Shown piece after piece: positions 24,821 through 30,731 of a stretch of 41,678 bases of DNA. A program made the translations under genes and the position numbers. The DNA lies in IMG/VR virus record IMGVR_UViG_3300018432_000011, positions 1 through 41,678 of that record; one strand, written 5' to 3'. Origin of the DNA: a virus. The first letter of the stretch is position 1. The number at the start of each line of letters is the position of its first letter. The notes under the pieces are model-generated. The model was not told where the DNA came from. It saw nothing but the letters and a program-made list of their open reading frames with translations, and did no database searches.

Positions 24821-26155
24821 CTATGCGAGTTTTCGTCTGAACGCTGCTCGAGCAACCAGGAACAGCACCAGGGCGCTGACGAGGTCCCGCGACGCGTAGG
24901 TGAAGCTCCCGACCCACACGTAGTTCCCGAGGCCGGCGATCACCACCGCCCCGATCGCCAGGCTGAACCCCGGGTCCAGCCTGCCGCGTCCGGCCGTGCG
25001 CCACCTTCGGTCGATGCGGGTGAGCGCGAAGGCGAGCACCGGCACGGACAGGGCGATGCCCCACAGGCCGAAGTTGCCGTACCACTCGCCCGAGCCGAGC
25101 GCCGCCATCGAGTGCCCGCGCCGCAGCAGACCGGGGTGGAAGTAGGTCGTGAGCACCGTGCCGAACCCGGCCGGCTTCGTCGGCCACAACCCCCGCGGCA
25201 CCCAGAACACGGCGCTGTCGAGGAACGTCGAGCCCCACTTGAACTGGAACGGCACCGCCACCCGCTGGGCGGCGATCAGGTCGCCGAAAGTGACGATCGG
25301 GGCGTAGAACGCCTTGAGCCCCTGCCCCGTGAGCAGGTCGCCGGCCTTGTAGGTGCCCGAGCTGCCGAGTGCCCCGAACCACGTGAGGACGGGCAGGAGC
25401 CCGCCCACGACGATGTGCTTGTGCAGCATCGACGGCCGCGCCCCGTTGACGACCAGGAGGCAGGCGAGCAGCAGCGTCGCCACCACCAGGCGCCCTGACC
25501 CGCTGAAGAACCCGTTGAGGTAGACGAGCATGGCGGCACCGCCCAGCACCACAGCGAACAGCCTCCTGCCGCCCATCTGTCCCGCCGGCGCGATGGCGTA
25601 GCTCGCCACCAACAGCACCACCCCGACATACGCCGTGCGTGCAGGGAGCGGGCCCAAGTCTTGAGGCAGCCCGCCGAGGAACACGCCGAACACCAGCAGG
25701 GCCACGGCGATCAGCCGTCGCTTGCCGAGCTTTCCGTCTGCCACGACCAGTGGCTCGGGGCCTTCGTCGTCCGTGCGCCGAACCAGTGCCACGGTCGCCA
25801 TGCTCGAGAACAGAGTGAGCGTGGCCGCGTAGAGCACGCCGGGCGTGAGCGGGCTGGGGTCGACCCGCATCACGAGCACCAGGGCGAAGCCCACGAAGAT
25901 CGCCACCGCGAGGGCGAAGGTCCCCGTCGCTGTGATCCGGTTTCCGCCATCGCGCAGGAACACCGACACCCCGAAGGCGATCGAGCCCACGGCGACCACC
26001 CACGTCACCGCCTGGTCGATGCCGACCGAGTCCCCGAGCGCCGTCCGCAGGAGGTGGGCAACCCCGACGGCCAGGGACACAGCCCAGATCGTGACGAGAT
26101 GCGGAGCCAGTCGCGCCCGCTCGCTCGCGGCGAGCGTCGCGGGCTGCGCGGTCAT
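24821..26155 (-). CDS. Polytopic (~12 TM) membrane protein, Wzy/O-antigen-polymerase-like (oligosaccharide repeat-unit polymerase or ligase family candidate)
   Basis: 444 aa with about 12 hydrophobic helices by eye. One large loop carries 'VPRGLWPTKPAGFG' and 'RRGHSMAALGSGEWYGNFGLWG'. Starts 21 nt downstream of int on the same strand. That it is a real CDS is near certain; the function is tentative. Confidence 0.5.
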   Translation of the reverse strand: MTAQPATLAASERARLAPHLVTIWAVSLAVGVAHLLRTALGDSVGIDQAVTWVVAVGSIAFGVSVFLRDGGNRITATGTFALAVAIFVGFALVLVMRVDPSPLTPGVLYAATLTLFSSMATVALVRRTDDEGPEPLVVADGKLGKRRLIAVALLVFGVFLGGLPQDLGPLPARTAYVGVVLLVASYAIAPAGQMGGRRLFAVVLGGAAMLVYLNGFFSGSGRLVVATLLLACLLVVNGARPSMLHKHIVVGGLLPVLTWFGALGSSGTYKAGDLLTGQGLKAFYAPIVTFGDLIAAQRVAVPFQFKWGSTFLDSAVFWVPRGLWPTKPAGFGTVLTTYFHPGLLRRGHSMAALGSGEWYGNFGLWGIALSVPVLAFALTRIDRRWRTAGRGRLDPGFSLAIGAVVIAGLGNYVWVGSFTYASRDLVSALVLFLVARAAFRRKLA

Positions 26156-26176
26156 CCGCGGCAGCCTACAGAGCCA

Positions 26177-27388
26177 TCAGGCGGCTGTGAGCTCGAGCGG
26201 CCTCTTGAGCAGCTGGCCCATGAGGGCCGACGCCAGGTGGTCGGTGGCCGGGATCCAGTGGGCGTACAGGTCGAGCGTGGTGGTCACCTTGGAGTGCCCG
26301 AGGCGGTGCGACACGGTCGTGATCGGGACGTTGTTGGCCAGGGCCTGGGTGGCGCCGAAGTGCCGCAGGTCGTGCAGCCGCACACCCTCGACCTTGGCCA
26401 GCTTGCAGGCCCGCTCGAAGCCGTCCGTGCCCCGATCCGGGTGCCACGGGTTGGCACCGTCGAGGTCGTCTGAGAAGAGGTAGCCGTCGTCGCGGACGGT
26501 GACGCCCGCCTCGGCCGCCTGCTTGTCGAGCCAGTCCCTGTAGTCGGTGAGCAGGTCGATCGTGTCGGGGTCGATGGTCACGAGCCGCTTGGCATGGCTC
26601 TTCGTGTCCTTCGCCGCCCGGGCGCCGCGCGTGCCGTTGACCAGCGAGACGATCGACGTCTGGATCAGGACCTCGCCGTCCTCGAGGCGGACGTCAGGCC
26701 ACCGCAGCCCACACACCTCGCCGCGGCGGGCCCAGGTGGCGGCCGCCAGACGCATGAAGGTGCTGAGCTGGCGGCCGAGCTTCTCTGCGCTGGCCAGGAT
26801 CCCGTTGACCTGGTCGGGCGTCGGGATGACGAGCTCGGGGTTCCGTACAGCGGGCCGCGCTGCGCCGGCCGCCGGGTTGTACTTCAGCCACTGCCGTCCC
26901 CATGGGCGCTTCATGGCGTGGTTGAGGGTGCTGCGGATGACCTCGTGGTAGTGGGCGACGGTCTTCGGGGCCCGGCCCTTCTCGGTGAGCGAGGCGTAGA
27001 AGTCCTCGATGTGCTCGGGCTCGAGCTCGTCGAGGGTGATGTCGCCCAGCTCGGCCTTCACGATGGCGCCGCGCTGGCGGTAGTTGCGCATCGTGTTCAC
27101 CTCGAGGCCCTTGCTGGCGCAGTGCCGCAGCCACTTCTCGACGGCCTGGGCCAGTGTCACCGGCTGGCCCTCGCGCGGCTCCTCCGACTGCACCCGCGCG
27201 GCGAAGGCGGCCTGGGCCTTGCGAGCCGCAGCGGGGGTCCCGCGGAAGCGTTCGGTGCGCTGGTCGCGCACCCGCTCCTTCGTCACCGGGTCGCGTCGAG
27301 GCGGTGCCTCAGCACGCAGGTCCCAGGCGTCCGGGCCGACGTCGGGGCGACGGCGCGGGGAGGGCGGCGGGCGACGCGCGGGGCTCAT
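26177..27388 (-). CDS. int: Tyrosine integrase
   Basis: 'RRGEVCGLRWPDV' (Arg box), 'HDLRHFGATQAL', 'LGHSKVTTTLDLYAH' (H-x-x-R...Y), and a SAM-like N-terminal domain 'AVEKWLRHCASKGLEVNTMRNYR'. Confidence 0.92.
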   Translation of the reverse strand: MSPARRPPPSPRRRPDVGPDAWDLRAEAPPRRDPVTKERVRDQRTERFRGTPAAARKAQAAFAARVQSEEPREGQPVTLAQAVEKWLRHCASKGLEVNTMRNYRQRGAIVKAELGDITLDELEPEHIEDFYASLTEKGRAPKTVAHYHEVIRSTLNHAMKRPWGRQWLKYNPAAGAARPAVRNPELVIPTPDQVNGILASAEKLGRQLSTFMRLAAATWARRGEVCGLRWPDVRLEDGEVLIQTSIVSLVNGTRGARAAKDTKSHAKRLVTIDPDTIDLLTDYRDWLDKQAAEAGVTVRDDGYLFSDDLDGANPWHPDRGTDGFERACKLAKVEGVRLHDLRHFGATQALANNVPITTVSHRLGHSKVTTTLDLYAHWIPATDHLASALMGQLLKRPLELTAA

Positions 27389-27433
27389 GTTTCTCGACCG
27401 TACGCAGGCGGTGTGACAGGGCTCATGCCCGAA

Positions 27434-27470
27434 TGGTGGACCGTTGGTGATCTCAACCGGTGGATGGTGG
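27434..27470 (+). repeat. Candidate integrase arm-type sites, int-proximal arm (ATGGTGGAC / ATGGTGGTC)
   Basis: TGGTGG at 27434-27439 and 27465-27470, with related GGTGA/GGTGGA between them. Confidence 0.3.
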
Positions 27471-27506
27471 TCCGCTCAGCGAGCCATCGGTGCAGGTCAA
27501 ACCTTG

Positions 27507-27548
27507 TGCGCCCCCTGGGATTCGAACCCAGAACCTGCGGGTTAAGAG
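27507..27548 (-). other. attP core: 3' portion of a tRNA-Lys(CUU)-like sequence (anticodon loop to discriminator)
   Basis: The minus strand reads CTCTTAA-CCCGC-AGGTT-CTGGG-TTCGAAT-CCCAG-GGGGCGC-A. These correspond to the anticodon loop with CTT, the 3' anticodon stem, the variable loop, the T arm and the 3' acceptor strand. There is no matching 5' acceptor, D arm or 5' anticodon stem upstream. Confidence 0.75.
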
Positions 27549-27663
27549 TCAGTTGTCGTGTCGGCATCGACCGGCAACAGGTGGCGATGTACGGCTAAGA
27601 GTGCGGCGACGATCGGTCGAGGGACCAAGCGAACGGCGACAACCGGCAACCCCGATGCCGGTT

Positions 27664-27681
27664 TGGTGGTGCAAGTGGTGG
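27664..27681 (+). repeat. Candidate integrase arm-type sites, distal arm (TGGTGGT / TGGTGGC)
   Basis: TGGTGG at 27664-27669 and 27676-27681, in the same orientation as the copies on the other side of the core. Confidence 0.3.
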
Positions 27682-27691
27682 CACGCGGGCG

Positions 27692-27904
27692 TCACTCGCC
27701 CGAGCTGGCGATGAACAGCAGAACGACACCGACGAGGGGGGCGATCACCATCGTCAGCACGAGCACCCGACGGATCAAGCGGACCTCCTCGAGCAGCGCG
27801 ACCAGGGCGTCGCGCTCAGAGATCTCGGGCGGCGTGCCGCCGGCCCGCACCCTGTCGGCCTCATGCTGCGCCCAGCCGTGAGCTGCGTCGTCGGGCGAGG
27901 TCAT
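27692..27904 (-). CDS. Small C-terminally membrane-anchored protein (70 aa), third gene of the repressor operon
   Basis: Strong SD GGAAGGAGGGAG upstream. ATGA overlap with the ImmA-like gene. C-terminal TM segment 'VLVLTMVIAPLVGVVLLFIA'. Confidence 0.7.
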   Translation of the reverse strand: MTSPDDAAHGWAQHEADRVRAGGTPPEISERDALVALLEEVRLIRRVLVLTMVIAPLVGVVLLFIASSGE

Positions 27905-28416
27905 GGTCTCCCTCCTTCCGGGCCGAGCTGATGCACGGCCAACGCGGCGACTTCATCGGGTACGTCGAAGTGCTCGGCGATGTCGCGCGCCGACGCACCC
28001 CCCAGCTCTGAGACCGTCATCCGCTCGACGAAGGCGCGGAGCTCCTCGCGTGGCACCAGTCGCCGCGCGACCTCGGCGGCCACCACGTTCTCCTCGCGGC
28101 GCACGACCGGGGCCCACTGCACGGGCATGTCATCGGTGGGGCATCCACCACCGCGCTCGTGGTGCACGAGCTCGTGACTCAGAGCCGCCCGGCGGCGGCG
28201 CTGGTCGAGACCGCGGTCGATGACGATCGCCGCCCAGCCCTCGGGCTGAGGGGCGTACACCGCTCCACCGAGCACGGCCGGGAGCTCGGCCAGGCCGAAC
28301 TCCAGGTCGGGCCGGGCCCGTAGAGCAGCCCACGGGTTCCAGCGTTCCTCCACCGTGAACCGACAGTACCGAGAGGGTGTGACATCACTTCGCGCCGCGC
28401 CGGGCTCGGATCGCAT
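27901..28416 (-). CDS. ImmA/IrrE-family zinc metalloprotease (anti-repressor protease candidate)
   Basis: HEXXH in 'LSHELVHHERGG'. Directly downstream of the XRE repressor. The start is uncertain: ATG 28416 overlaps the repressor by 32 nt, or GTG 28353. The first ~65 codons of ORF 27901..28611 are not used. Confidence 0.7.
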   Translation of the reverse strand: MRSEPGAARSDVTPSRYCRFTVEERWNPWAALRARPDLEFGLAELPAVLGGAVYAPQPEGWAAIVIDRGLDQRRRRAALSHELVHHERGGGCPTDDMPVQWAPVVRREENVVAAEVARRLVPREELRAFVERMTVSELGGASARDIAEHFDVPDEVAALAVHQLGPEGGRP

Positions 28417-28756
28417 CGAGGGCGGCGTCGAGGATCGCCTGCTCGACCTCGTCGAGGCTGGACAGGTCGACGCCGGAGAGGGCGGCGGGCTGGTTGGAAC
28501 CGTGGTGGGCGTCTTTGATGACGATGCCAGAGATCCGCAGCAGGTGGCCCTGCTCCCAGCCAAGGGCGTCCTCGATGGCGTTCCACCGCTCGATCGGCGG
28601 GGTGTTCTCACCGCTCACCCACTTGTTGACGGTTTGGGGCCGGACGCCGAGCACCTTCGCCAGCCGAGCCTGCGACCACCCGGGCCGACGACACGCCGAA
28701 GCGATCGCCTCGTTCACTGCACCGGATGTGTACGCCTCTGCCACGAACCCGCCCAT
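28385..28756 (-). CDS. CI-like repressor, XRE-family HTH
   Basis: 'WSQARLAKVLGVRPQTVNKWVSGENTP' helix-turn-helix. Divergent from the cro-like gene across a 99-bp operator region. Confidence 0.8.
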   Translation of the reverse strand: MGGFVAEAYTSGAVNEAIASACRRPGWSQARLAKVLGVRPQTVNKWVSGENTPPIERWNAIEDALGWEQGHLLRISGIVIKDAHHGSNQPAALSGVDLSSLDEVEQAILDAALDAIRARRGAK

Positions 28757-28819
28757 CCCTTCTGGCGGGAATCGTAGTTACGGGGGAGGGATTTACGGTG
28801 TGACGTGATCCCGCAGGGG

Positions 28820-28848
28820 TTGACATCCCTCCCGTATAGAGGGATACT
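28820..28848 (+). promoter_or_regulatory. Early rightward promoter: TTGACA (28820-28825), 17-nt spacer, GATACT (28843-28848)
   Basis: Consensus -35, and a -10 with the key A2 and T6. ATG 28856 lies 7 nt after the -10, which implies a leaderless transcript. Confidence 0.55.
28825..28845. promoter_or_regulatory. Palindromic operator ATCCCTC-N7-GAGGGAT in the promoter spacer
   Basis: Perfect 7-bp arms. Related half-sites are ATCCCT 28755-28760, AGGGAT 28787-28792 and ATCCC 28808-28812. Confidence 0.55.
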
Positions 28849-28855
28849 CGCCGCA

Positions 28856-29152
28856 ATGGCCCGCCGGCAGCCCCCGCCCACCTACGACCTGGATCGCATC
28901 CGCCTGTCGTTGGTGATGACCCTCGCCAAGGAGTGGGGGAGCAGGGTCCGCGCTCGCCGTATTGCGCTCGGCCTCGGCCAGGCCCAGGTGGCGGAGCTCG
29001 TCGGCACCACCATCCAGACGATCAGCAAGCTGGAGCGCGGCGAGATCGTGGCGCGCGACTACCTCAAGATCGCGCTCGCTGTCCGTCTGCACGCTGAAGT
29101 CGACGAGCTGTTCCCCTGGCCGGCCCGCTCAGAGTTGGAAAGCGCAGCATGA
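28856..29152 (+). CDS. Cro-like XRE-family HTH regulator
   Basis: ATG 28856 (the ORF track starts at 28805). 'LGLGQAQVAELVGTTIQTISKLERGE' HTH. First gene of the early operon. Confidence 0.7.
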   Translation: MARRQPPPTYDLDRIRLSLVMTLAKEWGSRVRARRIALGLGQAQVAELVGTTIQTISKLERGEIVARDYLKIALAVRLHAEVDELFPWPARSELESAA

Positions 29153-29325
29153 GCGAGGTCGGTGTGTACACCACGGCCGAGGTCGTCGCCTTGCTACGGA
29201 TCAGCGAGCGGACCCTGCGCCAGCGCGTGCGCGATGGCGTGATCCCCACCGTCGAGCTGGGCGGTCGCGCTGTCCGGTTCCCGAAGGCCGTCATCGATCG
29301 GCTCTGCTCGGAAGGCGCCGCGTGA
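29149..29325 (+). CDS. Excisionase-like / MerR-type HTH_17 DNA-binding protein (58 aa; not in ORF track)
   Basis: ATGA overlap. The 'YTTAEVVALLRISERTLRQRVRDGVIPTVELGGRAVRFP' pattern is typical of Xis/AlpA-type HTH proteins. Confidence 0.55.
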   Translation: MSEVGVYTTAEVVALLRISERTLRQRVRDGVIPTVELGGRAVRFPKAVIDRLCSEGAA

Positions 29326-29597
29326 TGCGCCAGCTCGCCGACGTCCTCGTGCCGGACTGGTCGCTCGGCCTCGTCGGCTTCGTTCCCGGCGGCGCCGTTG
29401 AGTGCGACGGCGGCTGTGCGTTTCATCCCTCTCGGCATCGGCACCCGGTCGCGGTAGCGGCGGCCCCTGAGAACTCGCCGGCGGCGTTCGTGGACGCCGG
29501 CGGGGCCCACGGCCGGGACAACGACGCCGAGGACGCGCGCCCTGCTGGGGCTGACAGGGCGCGCGTCGGGGCGTCCTTCCCGAGGGTCCTGCCGTGA
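29325..29597 (+). CDS. Hypothetical protein (90 aa)
   Basis: TGATG overlap. Fairly high GC3. 3' part of ORF 28962..29597. Confidence 0.45.
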   Translation: MRQLADVLVPDWSLGLVGFVPGGAVECDGGCAFHPSRHRHPVAVAAAPENSPAAFVDAGGAHGRDNDAEDARPAGADRARVGASFPRVLP

Positions 29598-29791
29598 CGG
29601 CCCTGAGCAAGAAGCAGCGAGCGGCGCTCGACGCGATTGCCGCACAGCCGCGCGACCCCGCCGCCCTGGCCCTGCTGCTCGAGACGAGCAAGGAAGGCGC
29701 TGCGCAGACCGCCAGCTCGCTCGTTCGTCGCGGCCTCGTCCAGCGTGAGCGCCACGCCGGCCGCGTCTCCTATCGGATGGCGCACCGATGA
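29594..29791 (+). CDS. Small winged-helix-like DNA-binding protein (65 aa)
   Basis: GTGA overlap. 'LSKKQRAALDAIA...ALALLLETSKEGAAQTASSLVRRGLV' resembles MarR-type wHTH. Confidence 0.5.
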   Translation: MTALSKKQRAALDAIAAQPRDPAALALLLETSKEGAAQTASSLVRRGLVQRERHAGRVSYRMAHR

Positions 29792-30207
29792 TGCAGCCCC
29801 GCGCCCTGGCGCCTCTTTTTTTTGGCCAATTTCGGAATGCCATCGCCGTAGTTACAGCACACCTGTTCGGATCGACGGTTCCGAGCAGCCCCCGCGGCGC
29901 ATCGGAAGATCCCTTCTCCGCCCGCTTCCGACAGGTCGATCGGGGAGAGACAACCCCGCCGGCGGATCAGCCCGGGGGCTGCTCGGAACCGACCGAGCCC
30001 GATCTGCCCCAGACGTTCGTCGCCTGCCGGTGCGGCCACCTCAACCCGCTCCACGCCGTTGAGTGCGAGCAGTGTGGCGCCCCCCACCCGAGGCACCTCG
30101 CCCGGCTGGTGCGCTGCACCGAGTGCGGCGACGAGGACGCCGGACCGTGGCTTCTCCGTGACGGGCGGATGCTGTGCGAGCGCTGCGCTGATCGGAGTGC
30201 GGCGTGA
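29788..30207 (+). CDS. Cys-rich zinc-ribbon protein; N-terminal half doubtful
   Basis: The C-terminal 'CRCGH..CEQCG....CTECG....CERC' region has good GC3. The first ~30 codons (T8 tract, A/T-rich third positions) look non-coding, yet the only canonical in-frame starts are ATG 29788/29791. Confidence 0.4.
   Translation: MMQPRALAPLFFGQFRNAIAVVTAHLFGSTVPSSPRGASEDPFSARFRQVDRGETTPPADQPGGCSEPTEPDLPQTFVACRCGHLNPLHAVECEQCGAPHPRHLARLVRCTECGDEDAGPWLLRDGRMLCERCADRSAA
29801..29823 (+). terminator. Short GC hairpin plus T8 tract (weak intrinsic-terminator-like element)
   Basis: gcgc-cctg-gcgc at 29801-29812, then ctc and TTTTTTTT at 29816-29823. It sits in a stretch whose codons have unusually many A/T third positions. 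The stem is only 4-5 bp. Confidence 0.3.
29876..29991. repeat. 116-bp element bounded by perfect 19-bp inverted repeats (CGGTTCCGAGCAGCCCCCG ... CGGGGGCTGCTCGGAACCG)
   Basis: Arms at 29876-29894 and 29973-29991, verified base by base. The 78-nt interior has a sub-hairpin CGGAAG/CTTCCG (29903-29908 / 29925-29930) and the palindrome CCGCCGGCGG (29956-29965). Confidence 0.9.
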
Positions 30208-30731
30208 CGGCCCGCCGCCGCCATCGCACCGCCGGTCCGAAGGTGCACGAGCTCGTCCGCGACCAAGTCGCTCTCATGCCGGGAGCCGACGTCATCGACA
30301 TCGCCCGGACCGTGGCAATGCGCGCGCCAGAGGCCCACCTGCGCGAGCTGCTCGCCTCGGCGGTCTGCTCGAAGGTGAAGAAGGCGTTCGCTCTTCGCCT
30401 CGCTCGCTTCATGGGCGTCGAGGACGTGCCGGCAACCGGCCCCCCTGACCATCCCGCCGAGGCCCTCCACTACCCGGTGTCTGTGGGAGCGGGGGAGTGG
30501 CGGCCGCTTGGCCAGTGCACCGCCGAGCACGTGCGCGGCATGGCGGACTTCCGCCTGTCGGTCGCCGGCCGCCATCTCACCGTCGCCCGCCGCTACCACG
30601 AGCTGGCTGAGGCCCTCGACGCTGCGCACGGCCAGCGCGTCGCCGACCTGCCGCTCGCCGACGTCGCCCGCCTCCTGCAGGGCGCGCCCCCGCTCTCCCA
30701 ATCAGCAACAGCGGAAGGAGCGCGGACATGA
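30204..30731 (+). CDS. Hypothetical protein (175 aa)
   Basis: GTGA overlap. High GC3. No motif. Occupies the slot where a RecT partner exonuclease is often found but shows no nuclease motif. Confidence 0.6.
   Translation: MTARRRHRTAGPKVHELVRDQVALMPGADVIDIARTVAMRAPEAHLRELLASAVCSKVKKAFALRLARFMGVEDVPATGPPDHPAEALHYPVSVGAGEWRPLGQCTAEHVRGMADFRLSVAGRHLTVARRYHELAEALDAAHGQRVADLPLADVARLLQGAPPLSQSATAEGART

Noticed and set aside
27507-27580. A complete tRNA gene on the minus strand.
   Set aside because: The T arm, acceptor 3' strand and anticodon loop are present. However, the 31 nt upstream contain no 5' acceptor strand (GCGCCCC), no D arm and no strand able to pair with CCCGC. It is interpreted as the attP core instead. 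ORF 27385..27567 (-), which overlaps it, is considered spurious.
28835-28840. TATAGA as the -10 hexamer of the early promoter.
   Set aside because: It lies only 9 nt from the TTGACA -35 element. GATACT at 28843-28848 gives the canonical 17-nt spacing. TATAGA instead forms the centre of the operator palindrome.
29816-29823. The T8 tract as a programmed translational (-1) or transcriptional slippage site for the 29788 ORF.
   Set aside because: T_TTT_TTT is formally slippery. However, the nearest strong structure starts about 50 nt downstream, which is too far for a classical stimulator. The alternative frames give only noise-like translations. A terminator-like or non-coding interpretation is simpler. 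It is kept as a note inside the finding on 29797-29995.
29876-29991. A MITE or IS-derived insertion bounded by 19-bp terminal inverted repeats.
   Set aside because: No direct target-site duplication flanks the arms (..ggatcga | accgagc..), and no second copy was noticed in the window. It is kept only as an alternative hypothesis.
30204-30731. The partner exonuclease of RecT.
   Set aside because: The position is right, but I could not find PD-(D/E)xK, YqaJ or DEDD-type motifs by eye. It is left as hypothetical.
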